64,000 nucleotides of DNA from Prorocentrum cordatum (taxonomy: Eukaryota), in NCBI GenBank assembly GCA_963575745.1, contig CAUYUJ010000282.1, positions 1-64,000 on the forward strand. The letters run 5' to 3'. Numbering within the stretch: position 1 is the first letter of the stretch; each line of letters opens with the position of its first letter. Below the pieces are notes generated by a model, which had not been told where the DNA came from, made no database searches, and worked only from the letters and a program-made list of their open reading frames with translations. Positions 51,416 through 63,499 of this stretch are shown here, piece by piece. Position numbers and translations under genes: made by a program.

Positions 51416-52362
51416 TCGGGATGAGGAGGTGGAGGAGGAGGAGGAGGAGGAGGAGGAGGAGGAGGAGGAGGAGGCATGTTTTAACATGCCATGCCAGCCC
51501 GCACTGGACGGGCACGCAATCGACCTTGGAAACCGCAGTGGGTCGAAAAACCCTGTTTGGGGATACTGCACTCCGGCTATAATGTGTTTTTGTTATTCCT
51601 CTACTCTGGGGAGCACGGCGGAGAACTTTTACAGCGTGTCGCGGCGGCGGCGGCCCCTGCGACACGCAAAGCTTTGCAAGCTGACAGCGCGTCGCTCTGC
51701 TTCGCGGGGCCGGAGGCTGGGAAAAGCGCTGATGCTCGGGGACTGGGACGTCATTACTAGCGCGTTGCGCCGGAGGGTGGTGTGCCAGAACTGGTGGCGC
51801 GGCACGGTAAGCAAACGTTACTGACCGCACGGGGGCTCAACGGTTTCGACGCCGGGGTCTGAGCGAGGGCGAGGACGGGATGTGACCGCATGTCTTTCCA
51901 GCGCTCGGCGCCCGTCATGGCCAGGCACGGTGATCCTCCGCGCGCATCCAGCAGGTGGCCTCCTCGTGCTCATTGCGCGAATCTGGCCGTGTGTGCCTTC
52001 AGCCTCTTGGAAGCGGGTGCCGGGCATGCTGGCCCTCGGGAGAGGAGAGGTGGGTTCTCCCTCCTCCCCCCCTCCCTCGCAGCCCTTTCACCCCGCCTGG
52101 CCCGCCCTCCCACCCTGTGCCCCCTCCTTCCCTCCTTGCACCCTCCTCCCCATCGCTTCCCCTTTCTCGCTCCCCATCGCTTCCCATCACTCGCTCCCCT
52201 CCCCACACTTCCCATCATTTCCCATCACTCACTTCCTCCTCCCCATCACTTCCTCATCACTCACTCCTCATCACCACCTCGCCTCCCTGTCTCGCTCCCA
52301 TCACTTCCCCCTCTTCCCCTCCCCTCACCTCCGTCCTCCTCCCCTCACTCCGCCTTCGTCAG

Positions 52363-52540
52363 GTCCGCCACTGGCGGGAGATCTTTGCTATCATCTGTCT
52401 CGTCATGCTGCTCGTCTTCTGCTTCCGGTGCGTGCGGCACCTGCAGCGGAACCCAGCGGCCCGCGACTACCACGCGGCAGGACTCTACACGTGCCTGAAC
52501 ACGTGCGACCTGCCCGACAAGGTGGACAACTGTACGCAAG
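52363..52540 (+). CDS. Exon a of the EMG1/Nep1-like gene (transmembrane helix + Cys-rich linker); upstream exon(s) not identified
   Basis: Long pyrimidine tract, cag|GTC...CAAG|gc; VRHWREIFAIICLVMLLVFCFRCVRHLQRNPAARDYHAAGLYTCLNTCDLPDKVDNCTQ; phase 1 joins 53008 in frame. Confidence 0.55.
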
Positions 52541-53007
52541 GCTGGGGACATGCCGACCATGCCGTGCCGGCCACCGGTCTTGGCCGCGTCCGTCCTGGGC
52601 CCGGCACCGACTCGGGGCCCAGGCCCAGGTCTCCGACGACATGGTCCTTTCAATGCCGGCACTTCTCGTTGGCTTCGGCCTCTGTATTGAAGTTGCCATG
52701 TGCAGAGCAGCGATATTAGCACGTGTTGTGGCTCCCCACACCCCCTGTGCCCGCCTCGTGGTTTCCCACCGATCGGTGTCTGGGTCTCGTTGTCGGCCCC
52801 TACAAAGCGATCCCGGCCTCTGGGTCTCGTTGTCGGCCCCTGGGGGCAACAAAAAGGGCACCCGTGACGAACACCCTCCTTTGGGGAAGGGGTCGGAACC
52901 TCCGGGGCCGCGCATTTGGAAACAGTCGGGTCGTCGGATGTCTCGGGGGATGGGCCTGGCCAGGACTGGCGCCTCGGCGCGTGATCGGCAGCCTCCCCGC
53001 GCGCGAG

Positions 53008-53063
53008 GGCGGCACAGGGTGATTGTCATCTTGGTGGACGCTCCGCTGGAGGAGAAGACCGAG
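53008..53063 (+). CDS. Exon b of the EMG1/Nep1-like SPOUT gene
   Basis: (G)RHRVIVILVDAPLEEKTE resembles EMG1 RRLIVVLEGASLE; gag acceptor (alternative cag at 53017), GA donor. Confidence 0.7.
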
Positions 53064-53481
53064 GACTGGCGGGGCGCGGGAGGGGGGCCGTCGAGGGGAG
53101 CGGCCTACCCCTGAGTGCCCCGCTCGGGGCGCGTTTCGTGGGGTCGGGCGGGGCACGCGGGGCGTGCTCGTGTACAGCGGGGGCCCGTGCCAAGGAACAC
53201 GCTGCTTGCCTCTAGGGAGCCCTGGGCTGCTTGGGTTTCGACGGTTTTGCGGTGGAAGGCGCGGCGTTCCCACGCCAAACATCGATGGACGTCCTGGGGT
53301 CTCAGGGTTGGGTTTCTTGTGGAAGGTGTCTTGTGGGCTGGCCCCCACTGTACCCTCCTGCCTTCGAAGGAGCCTTCTTAGAAGGCTCTGGGCCCTCCGG
53401 AGAAGCCTCCGAGCCCTTCCTGAAAGACCGCACCACCCCCCTCGCGCTGACCCCTCCTTCTCCGCGCGCGCCGCCAGCGAG

Positions 53482-53625
53482 GACCTCGAGAACACCTCGA
53501 CATATCCAGAGGAGAACGAGCTGTCCATCGTCTACGACAGCCTCCTGTCGCTGCTCGACAGCGGCCTCGCGGCCAAAGGCATGTTGCAGATCTTCATCGT
53601 GTCGAGAGGGGGCGCCGTCATCCAG
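53482..53625 (+). CDS. Exon c of the EMG1/Nep1-like SPOUT gene
   Basis: IVYDSLLSLLDSGLAAKGMLQIFIVSRGGAVIQ resembles [33 protein letters not shown]; 144 nt, GT donor. Confidence 0.8.
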
Positions 53626-54182
53626 GTGAGCGCCCAGGGAGAACGGGCTCGACTGCGCGGGGCGCTCGCGCCCGAGCTGCCCGCGCGAGGCCGCGCGCGA
53701 GCGCCCTCGTCCCCACGCCGCGCCCGAGAGGGCCTCGCCTCGGGCGCGCCCTCGCCCTCGAGAGGCGGACGCCGGCGGCACAGTTCGAGGCGGCGGGCGG
53801 GGGCCCGCCGGCGGCAGGCCGGCGGCAGGCCGGCGGCAGCGGGCGTGAGGCGCCCGCGCTCTCGCAGCCCGGGCTTCCGGCGTCGCCCCACTGCCGGGTG
53901 CCGCGACGGCGGCGAGCTCGGGGGCGGAAGAGAGGGGGGTGATGACTATAGGGGGGGGTGGATGTCATGGCGTGGGCCATGGTATTTCCCCAGATTTCAT
54001 GGCGCCTCTTCTTATCTCATTACGTCCCTGGCCCCCCCGCTGGGCCCCGCACATGCCGCCGGTCATGATTGGCACCCCCCCCTCTTGGACACCCCCCTCT
54101 CTGCCGCTCCCGACGAGCGTGAGCCTTGCGCGCGAGGTCGCCACGTCCTCGCGCGCAAGGCTCTGTCCGTTTCGCCGGGCAG

Positions 54183-54229
54183 GTGCACCCCCACCTGGAG
54201 CCTCCGAGGAGCCTGCGGGACTTCTCCAG
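54183..54229 (+). CDS. Exon d of the EMG1/Nep1-like SPOUT gene
   Basis: VHPHLEPPRSLRDFS(R) resembles VNPQTRIPRTFDRFCG; cag acceptor, GC donor, phase 2. Confidence 0.8.
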
Positions 54230-55402
54230 GCGGCCGGGGAGAAAGCCAGTCACCCGCCCTCCACGGACGAGGGCAGCTTCTGGCCCTTCCTGCCAGCGAC
54301 CTCCAGGGACGGTGGGTTCGCTGGGAGGTCCGCGATTCGGCCAGTTCGGCTGCTTCGCAGTCGGCTGCGTTCGGTCGGTCCGGTTCGGTCGGTGGTCCGG
54401 TAGTCCTTGCCGCGTCGCTGCGCCCCTCTGGGCTGCTTGCAGCCTGTCGGTTCCGTTTGGCTTCGGTCTCGTTGCGGGTCCGGTTGGTTTCCGGCTGTGT
54501 TGCCGCCGTTTGCGGCCCTGGTTCGAGAGGCGGGGGGGCTCGATTCTGATGGGCCAGACTTTTGCGCTCGGCTCCGCCGCGCGGGGGCCGGGGCCAGAGG
54601 CAGCGATCGGCCACTGGCTCTCGGCCTAGGGTCTCTGGTCTTCCGAGCAGCTCTCGCGAGCCCCTGGAGTCAAGCAGTGGTGAAGCGTCCTGGCTTGCTT
54701 ATGGACCCACCGAAGAATGTTCTACGAACCTTCTTTGTGGCTTGCACGAAATGTTCTTAGAACGTTTCTGGCTGAGACTGTCCTTCTTAAATGCATCGGG
54801 TGGGTCCGAAGAGCATCTCGTGGCAGGCCTATGGGAATGCCGGGACGGTCGGTCCCTGCTGTATATGGAGAGGCCTCCAAGACTCGAGGAGCAACCCGCA
54901 GAGCACGGGCGCAGCCTTTTTCGGAGGTCCGCGCGGAGGTCCTCGATTCGGCGCCGGGCCCGCCTCCCTGCAGGCGGGGGGGACTCCAGCGCCAGGCTTC
55001 GGTCGGGCATGTCCTGCTACAGGCGGATTTGGAAGGACAAATGAACACAGTCAGACACAAAGATAATCGAAGAGTGGTCGAATAAACGTCCCCTTACTGT
55101 TTCTTGAGTATGTCTGAGTACTCAGCCTGTTGAGGGACATGCCCGACATGGCGCCAGACCGAACAGTTCACGCGGATCTCCGAACGTTCATATTTGCTGT
55201 GCACGCCCTGTTGGTTCGTTCTTCCAACCCTGAGATCCGACGACGAGACATCCACATCGTGAGGCATCAAGCTCAGAGGCCCAATGGCATCCCAACGGTC
55301 TGCGCCACTCCTCGAGCCGGATCGGGCCGTAGGGGCCCACGGGGCGCGAGGATTCGGGCGAAACCGCCCGGAGTGAAAAAGTTGCGACGCCAGGACCTCA
55401 GG

Positions 55403-55448
<46 letters not shown>

Positions 55449-55545
55449 AAGTCGTCGTCGCCGTCGTCGTCGCCGTCGCTGTCGCTGTCGCTGTCGCCGA
55501 CGCCGTCGCTGTCGCCGTGGGGGCACGTCCGCGGCCGCCTCGAAG

Positions 55546-55690
55546 GCTGGTCAGGAACGTCCTGCACGAGGGCAAGGCGATGAAGGCCCCTGGGCTGTGT
55601 GGGTGCACCCGCTCGTTGATGCGCGTCGTGCGCAAGCCCGTGCGGCACCACTTGCCCTGGGGCTGCAAGGTCTACGGCGTGACGCAGCAG
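55546..55690 (+). CDS. Exon e of the EMG1/Nep1-like SPOUT gene
   Basis: LVRNVLHEGK...LMRVVRKPVRHHLPWGCKVYG resembles LMVQLLHKLS...LLKVIKNPVSDHFPVGCMKVG; phase matches exon d; GC donor. Confidence 0.8.
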
Positions 55691-56159
55691 GCGGCCGGAC
55701 GGCCTTGGTCGTGAATGGGAGGAGTTGGCGGCGCGCGCAAGGGGCGGGGGCGCGAGGGGGTTCTCAGAAGGCAGGCCGCTTTTCAGAAGCCACCCCAGCT
55801 TCCAAAAATACAGGGCTCATGAGGAGCCTCCATGCCCTTCTGAGAAGGCCCCCGCCTTCAAGAAGCACCCCGCCTTCTCAGAAGTCCGCCCCCCTCGCGC
55901 CATCCCCTTGGGCGCGCCGCCAACGGAGAGAGATTGCACTGATTTGTTGCGAGCCTCGGGCCCATCCACCTACGCGCGCCATGGGGGTCAAGGGCTTTCT
56001 GTGAGCGGCTCTGGGCTGCCAAGGCCTCCTCTGGTCTTTCTCCAGAGGCTCCCAGAATTTTGGAGCACACCTCTCTTGTGGCGGGTTAGGACGGTCGGCC
56101 GACGCGCTGGACCCTGGGCGGCACCTGTCGCGACGTTGGACACGTGCCGCGGTCGCGGA

Positions 56160-56677
56160 CTCAGCAGGGCGAGGAGGAGAGGGGGGAGTGCGAGGACGAG
56201 GGGGGGAAGAGGGAGAGGAGGAGGAGGAGGAGGAGGAGGAAGAGGAGGAGGAGGAGAAGGATGAGGAAAAGGAGAAGGAAGAGGAAAAGGGAGGAGGAGA
56301 AGGAGGAGGAGGAGATGGAGATGGAGATGGAGATGAAGATTGAGATTGGGGAGGAGGAGGAGGTCCTCCTCCTGGAGGAGGAGGAGGAGGAGGAGGAGGA
56401 GGAGGAGGAGGACACAGGAGGGGAGGAGTAGAAGGGATTAAGGATGTACTTTGGGAGAGCTATTGGCCCCGATTTGGGGCCTCCGTAGGCTCTGAAGCCC
56501 ACGGGCCCGTCGGCCGAGGAGTGGGGGGATCGCGTTCGGCAGCAGGTACCGCCCGCTCTTGGCGGCCAGTTCTGCGTGGGGAGGAGGGGGGAAGGGAGCG
56601 GGGGCACTCTCTGCGTGGGCCAGGCTGAGCTGCTGCTGCTGCTCCTCCTCCTCCCCTCCTCCTCCTCCTCCTCCTCC

Positions 56678-56744
<67 letters not shown>

Positions 56745-56775
56745 CATCCTCATCCTCATCCTCATCCTCATCCTC
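56160..56775 (+). repeat. (GGA)n tract, then (CCT)n-(CAT)n tract
   Basis: Direct reading. Confidence 0.85.
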
Positions 56776-58439
56776 GATCTTCCACCCACGCACCTTCTCT
56801 CCTCCTGCACTTCGGCGCAGCTCTCGCTCGCACTGTTCGATGCATGGTGCTCATTCTGGATTGGCGAGCCTGGCAGGCTGCTTGAGGTGGGCAGTCTCAG
56901 CATCACTTCAAGGCGTACTCGAGGGCAATCTGGAAGGCGCGGTGTGAGGAGGGGCTGAGGCGGCAGGTCGGCATGCTCGCAAGACCCCTCCCACTACTCA
57001 CTCTCGACGCATTCCCTCGGCCTGATCTCGTCCAGGCCCTCAAGCTGGACGTGCTGCTGGGTCAGCGTTTGCTGAGCAAGCTTCGGGGGCGGCTGGTTGC
57101 CCTAAGGCACTCCTCTGGGTCCTTCTCCTCGGCACGGAGGCAGTCTTGCGATTTCTACGGAGAGCACCTTCTGAGTCCCACATGATATGTCCTAGGGAGC
57201 TGCAGCTGGACGGAAAACGCCAGTTGTGCCTTTTGGGAGGCCAGTGGGAGCATGGTGGATCCCGACTCAAGGGAGGCTGCGGCCACGGTGGTTCTGTTGG
57301 CTGCCCCAGCTGAATTGGGGTACGCGGAGGCGGCGCTGCTGGCGTTCCATGTGGAGAGGGAGGCGGATAGCTTCTGGGCGCCAGCTGGTGGAAATGGGCG
57401 CGCCCTCTCTCCCTCTTCCTCATCTCCTGCCCTCCTTCGACCCTGCCAAGCGCTCCGGGTGGGCGTGTCAGGTCGGGCTGGGTCTCCCTTTCCCCTCCTC
57501 AGCCTTCTCCACTCCTCTGGCGCCCTGCTCTGGCTGCCGTGTCCGTGGGCTTCCTTGTCCTCGCCGCCGACGCCTTGGGAGGTGGTCCGGGCGAGGAGCC
57601 ACACTCCCCTCTGAGGCTTGCACGAGAATGCAGATACTTGTTTTCGCATTTGCCGCACCCCACTGCAGGGTGCGCGTCTGGAGGCTAGACGCTTGAGAGT
57701 CGACCTGCGGCTTAGCAGGCTTTCCGCACCAATGAATGGCTCGGGATCGAGGCGCCACGCGCTGCGGCATGCCCGTTCCATGACAAGACCTTCGGAACAT
57801 AACGAGCTCTGAGGCTTCGAACCTCCACCCAGTCCGGCGCTCCGGGTGGGCGGGTCGGGTTGGGTCTCCCCCTCCCCCTCCTCTTCCCTCCCTCTTCCCC
57901 CTGGGGTGGCTCCCTCCTTTCCTGCTGCCATGTCGTACTCGTGAGGTACGTCGACGAGACAGCGCAGATGAGGTCGGACGGGCCCCGGGCAGGTGCTCTC
58001 CTCTGCCTTCCCCCCCCCCCCCACACAGACGCACACTGCGGGGAGTGCCTGAGTGGCCTCTCCTGCCACGCCGCTTGCCGGGGCGTGTGTCGGAGGCGCC
58101 TGCCAAGGAGAAGCCTTCTCACGCAAGCCCTCCCCCCAGTATGTCTCCAGAGCCGGCGCGGCAAGGTCGTTTCCCGGGCCTTCCCGGACCGTGGTCCTTT
58201 GCTATAGGGAAGCCTCGCCCGAAGCTTCTGTATGCAGACCCGACGGGAACACATTGGTATCCTCTTCGTTTCTCCTCCTCCTCCCTCTCCTCGCTTCTCC
58301 TCCTGTTCTCTCATTATCCTTTTCCTCCTCCTCCTCCTCTTTCTCCTCCTTCTCCTCTTATCTTCAAGTCGACCTCCTCCCTCCCCTTCTCTTTCCCTTC
58401 TGTCGTCGTCATCATCCTCCTGCTGCCTCCTGTTCAAGA

Positions 58440-61400
58440 TCGCAGCGGTGTTGGGGAGGCAAGTCTAGTCAGGCCATCCATTACATGCTGGAAGCGACGG
58501 GCCAGCATCTTCAGACGCTGCGCCACAGGGACATGAAAGCCAACCGGGACGAGTGGCGTGCCTGGGCCAAGCAAGCAGCTGAGGCGCAGGGAGGGCGAGC
58601 GGCCTTCGCCTTAGTCCGTTCGGCTGCCCATGTCCAAGGGTCGGCGTTCGAAGTGTTGGACGAGGATGAGCAGCAGTACCTCCCGGTGGGGGGCGTTGAT
58701 GCAGTGGCGCGCGTCCTGAAACAGTGGCAGCAGCTTTGGGTACACGATCTGCGCGAGGGTGAAGTACATTCATAGTTGCGGCGAGGAGCTGAGTTCGACG
58801 CGGGGCAGCTGCCTGCGCTCACACGGGCCGAGCTCGAGCGGGTCGTGGACACGTACAGCGAGAAGGCAGGTGGGACATGCAGCATCCTCGTTATTTCGCC
58901 GGCTGCCAAAGAGTTTCAGGCTGCGGTTCTTTGATAACTTGCGAGCTTGGGAAGCCGATCCGCTGGACAGCAGGCTGTTCCTGATGCTGGTTTCGTTTTT
59001 GCCCAAACCGCCTCCAGGAGGTGGCGTGGCACGGCGTGCGCCCCGTTGTCCTCAACTGTGTCTGGCTGCGGATTTGGAGCAGGATGAGGCAGCCGCTGGT
59101 GGCGGCCTGGGAGCGCCAGATGGAGGGCAGCTTCTACTGGGGAGGCGTGGGCAAGACGTGCGACCGTGCGGGCCACGTGCACAACCTGCTGGCCGTTTAC
59201 TGCGTGCAGCACTGGAGCATGGCGGCAGGCACGGCAGCCCTGGACCTCAGCAGGTACTACAAGCACGTCTCGCACGAGGCCCTCCTGCGCGAGGCGCGGC
59301 AAACGCGTTTTCCGCTCCCGCTGCCGCGGGCACTGTGTTGTGGCCACCGCCTGGGCAGGCGGGCGAGGCTCGCAGGGGCGCTGTCGGTGGATATCCGCGC
59401 CAATAGCACGATTCGCTGCGGGCTGCAGCTGCGCGCTGGGGCTCGCAAAGCTCATGGTCCACACGCTGCTGGTCGAGCAGGCGCCGAGGCTCCCGCTGGT
59501 GCGGGCGCAGCACCTCGTTGACGACCGGCTGCTGCAGGCCCCCGGCACCGCCAAGGTGGTCAGCGACCAGCTTCCGAAGGCGCTGCGCTTCCTCGTCGAC
59601 GGGCTCGAGTCCAGGAAACTAAAGGTCAACTGGGCTAAGACGGGCTGGTTGACGGGCGATGAGGGGCTTGCCCGGGGACTCGAGAGTTGCTGGCAGGGCG
59701 AGCTGGAACGTGCCCGTGACATCAGATGCCTGGGCGGATGCGGCACGTCAGGAGTCCTCCGCAGCGTTGTCGAGCAAGGCAAAAGGTTGTTGAAGGCCTA
59801 GAGCTCAGCCGATAGGGTGCACGCTCTGAGGGATGCTGAAGCTTCGGTGGCCAAGGTTTCTCGTTGGTCCTCCGCGGCCGCAGCTGTCTGGGGATCAGCG
59901 GTCACGGGCATAGCAGGTTTGAAATGTAACTGATTAAGAACCCCTGTTTTGGAAGTCCAATGGTGACTTCCGACGGGGGCCAGCGTGGGCCTCAGGCTCA
60001 AGCGCATGTTTCGAGGGTTTTGGAGGGGCCCGCTCCTGGTGCACTCAAGTGAAGTTGTTCAAGCTTGGGCTCTCTGCCTGGAGGCTTCTTCGCCGTCGCC
60101 TCGGGGTCCCGGAGGCCGTCCTGGAGCGTTCTCGGGGCGTCGTGGGCGAGACGTCTCCGTGGGCAAGGCGCTGCAACCCTGCGCGGGCGCTGCTGCTTGC
60201 CCTTGCGAGAGTCGGAGGTCGGATGGTCTCTGTCCCGAAATTCGCCGGCCCTGCAGGTGAAGTCGATATGTAGTTTTTCCCGCCAGGCAGAGCGGTGGCA
60301 ATCGCTACGGGGATGGCGCCCATCGCGTCTGACGCTCTTGCGATGAAGCGCTGCGGTAGTTGGGCTTCTGAGCCCCACTGGGCCCCCCTAGACGAGGTCC
60401 TGCGTGGGAAGGCGGAGGTGGGGCTCACTAGGCACGGGCGCAATCCAGTTAGGAGTCTGGTCTCGGGCGCGCGCTGGCCTCGGGCGAGGCTGGCGAAGCG
60501 TGGCGAATCGGCGTCGGATGCGCGTCAACTGCCCGGCTGTCGGGGCACTCTGTCCCATCGGAGTTTCGATTGCCCGTGCTCAGCAGGTTTCAGGCGCGCG
60601 GGTTTGTTGCCCTCCCTCAAGAGAATTGCCTGGGAGGTGGCGGTCCTTGATGAGGAAGAGGGTGAGTTTCTCCTCCCCCGAGGTGCGCGTTTCCTCCTCC
60701 GAGGCAGTGTCGAGAGGCCCGAAGCCCCAACGTAAAATTGGGCGCGCTTCGGGGGGGCCGCGCCAGGCTGGAGATGGGGAGGCCCCATCTTCGTGGATGG
60801 GCCAGCCTCCCATGCGGAATTCGTTTCGTGCAGGAGAGCAGGCTGGGCCGCAGTGCAGATTGACCAAGCCGGCCGCTTTGTCGCCTGCATGTATGGGGCG
60901 GTGCCTCGGGGGCGGGGGCCTGACCAGTGGGCTCGGTGCGGGGGAGACTATGCTTCCACGTTCTTGCTAGGTTTAGTGGGCCTTCTCAGGAGGGAGACGT
61001 CGGCGTTCCGCTCACTGTGCGCAGTGATTGTGCCGGCTCAATCTCCTGCCCCACCTCCTCGGCCATTGCCTTCGACCCAAGCAGCGAGAGGCGTCGCATG
61101 CGGCAGCCGCGGTGGTCCAAAGTCGGCCAGTCTGCTACGGCGTGCAAGGTCAAAGCCCATAGGTCGCCGCAGGAGGCCACCTCCTGGGATGACGGGTGGC
61201 AGCTCAGAGGGAATCGTCTAGCGGACGAATGGGCCAGGAAAGGGGCCCAGCTCTGGTCCACGCAGGTAGAGCAGGAACTTTTGGTCGAGGGATGTGAGCG
61301 GTTCGTGGTGCACGCGGCCGAGTGGCAAGGCAGGCTCCATCGCTGGCTCCACGATTCGGGCTTCAGCGTCGGTGGGGCGGCCGAGGTGGTCCTTCAGTTC

Positions 61401-62110
61401 CATGCTTGTCCGACCAACGTGGAGGAGGCGGATCTAGTGAACGAACTGGATCAGCGCCTGGCCCAGCGTGAAAGGGAAGGCCTCCTAGAGGCCATGCCTG
61501 CTGGGGGTGGGGGAAGCGGCTCTGGGTAGGGCGCGGCTCGGCTCTGATTATGCTGCTCCCGGCTCCTCCGTTGGCTCCTCGGCTTCTGCTCCTGACCTGG
61601 CGCCCCACCTCTCGGGGCTTAGGTGTGGGGGGGGAAACACTTGGCAGTTCAAGAGGCAAAATGTGGTGCGCTTCCAGTTTTGGCATGTGTCTCAAGTGGT
61701 GCGAGTGTTCAAAGCTGCCGCGGGCCAGGGAAAGGGCTGGCTGTCAGTGTTTCGGGCCCAGGCATCCTGGACCCGCCACTCAGCGCAGCAGGCTCAGACG
61801 TAGCTTGCACCCCAACTCCACCAGCGCCCCTCCCCCTAAGCTCGGCGAGCTGTGTGAGCCGTCGGTTGAGATCCGGGCCTTGTGGCAGGGTATGCTGGTT
61901 GTTTCCGAGTCCTCGGAGAGTGCTGACCCAGCGGTCAGTACCGTGTATGGGTTGAACACCCCCGGTGTCCTGGATATGTACCGTGTCGCGCAGCTGCACG
62001 GGTTTGACGATCCGCGGGAAGCGGTCGAGTTTCGCTGTGCTGAGCGCGAACGCGAAGCCAGACTCGAGAGGAGTGCTGGCTCAGACGTGCTTAATTTATT
62101 ATTAAATTTC
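58440..62110 (+). mobile_element. 5'-truncated decayed LINE (RT + RNase H) inside the ~7-kb intron of the EMG1-like gene
   Basis: FLPKP..GG, RPVVL..WLRIWSR, ALDLSRYY, AGCSCA, LVDD, LKVNWAKT (RT); IFVDG..RAGWAAV, KVKAH...GNRLADEWARKGA (RNase H); AT-rich end near 62092-62109. Confidence 0.85.
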
Positions 62111-62685
62111 GCTGTGAGCCCCCTAGTGTCCTACGGTCCTCCTGCTCCTCTTCCCTCCCATTCGATCCTCCTACAGCTTTTCAATATGACTACTATTCTC
62201 CTCTCCCCTGAATACGGCTGGGGAGAGGCCCGCCCCCTGCGTTCAAAGCGGCGCTGCCGCTCCAGCGAAGGCCTCATTTTAGCATCGGCGCTTTGCTCCC
62301 ATCGTTCAGGCTGGCGCTCTCGCCCCAGCGCGGGCCGCTCATGTGGATCAGAGTGTTCGTCGTTGTCGCCCCGCTCCTTTCTCTTTCCCGCCTTCCCTTG
62401 GTCATCTTGCTCCTCCCGCTTCTCCATACTCCAGCTCCTGCTGCTGATGTTCCTCCTCGTCGCCTTCCGTCCTCATCCTCCTCCCCCTCCTCCTGCTATA
62501 TCCTGCTCAGCCTCCTGCTCATCCGTCACCTCCTTTTCTTGTTTTTTGTCTCGATGGGTTTCTTTTTGGACTTCGAGGTCCGCAACGACAGGCGTCGGCG
62601 GATGGTGGGAGAGGTCTGATGTCAGATATGGCGGGAGCTCACCTAGCTTCTCCCCCTCTCTCCTGACCAGGCGTGCCGAGACCAG

Positions 62686-62814
62686 GCGAGCCACATCCTC
62701 GACCTGAAGCAGGTCGCGAGCTCCGTGTACTGGCCCGTCGCCTTCGTCGTCGGCGCCTCGTTCGGCGATGCCGTGGCGGAGAATTGGACGAGTGCCGGCG
62801 GCCAGGGCCTCCAG
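62686..62814 (+). CDS. Exon f of the EMG1/Nep1-like SPOUT gene (3' boundary uncertain; final exon not found in window)
   Basis: ASHILDLKQVASSVYWPVAFVVGASFGD resembles VVSDVRELVPSSDPIVFVVGAFAHG (SAM-binding knot region); phase 0 joins exon e; in-frame alternative acceptor at 62670. Confidence 0.75.
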
Positions 62815-63499
62815 GTTCCCTCTCTTCCTCCTTCTCCTCCTATTCCTCCTCCTCCTCCTCCTCCTCCTCCTCCTCTTCTTCATCCTCCTCCTCCTCCTCT
62901 TCCTCCTCCTCCTCCTCCTCCTCCTCCTGTGTCTCCTCCACATCTTCCGTATAAGCAACTCCTCTCCGTCGCACCATCAGTAGGGCGGGTCAGGCTTTTC
63001 GCCGAATTAAAAGCTCCACACCATTGGTGGTCTTGAAGTTTGAAATCTGCAGCGGTTTTCAAGGATGGAGGGCGTGCTATTTTACAAACTGTGGCTCTCG
63101 CTTTTGCGCCGCGCGCCTTCGTCTTCAAAACTCAACATCAGCTTCAAGGATGGAAGGCGGATGGTTTGCAAACTGTGGATGTTGCTCTTGCGACGCGCGC
63201 ATTCGTTTTGAAGTTTTGCGGCAGCCTCAAGGTGTCCTCTAAGAGCTACCCCGGCTCACCCGCCGCGCGCAGCCGCGCCTCACCCAGTCCCGCTCAGACT
63301 CCCCTCGCTGCTTGCGATGACTAGACGCTGCACCCTTGTGTCTCGTGGGAGGCGGCGTGGATGCCCCGGCGCTTTCGGGAGGCGCCCTGTGCGCCGCGCG
63401 TGCTGCTGCCGCTACCGGCGCGGGCGCGGCAGCCCCGGCCGCCGCCGATGTCATGGACGAGGCTTCGGAGGAGCAAGTCACGTGGACTGACGCAGGCCG

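Noticed and set aside
53008..62814. Assigning the gene symbol EMG1/NEP1
   Set aside because: The family resemblance is clear, but key motifs differ and orthology is unproven.
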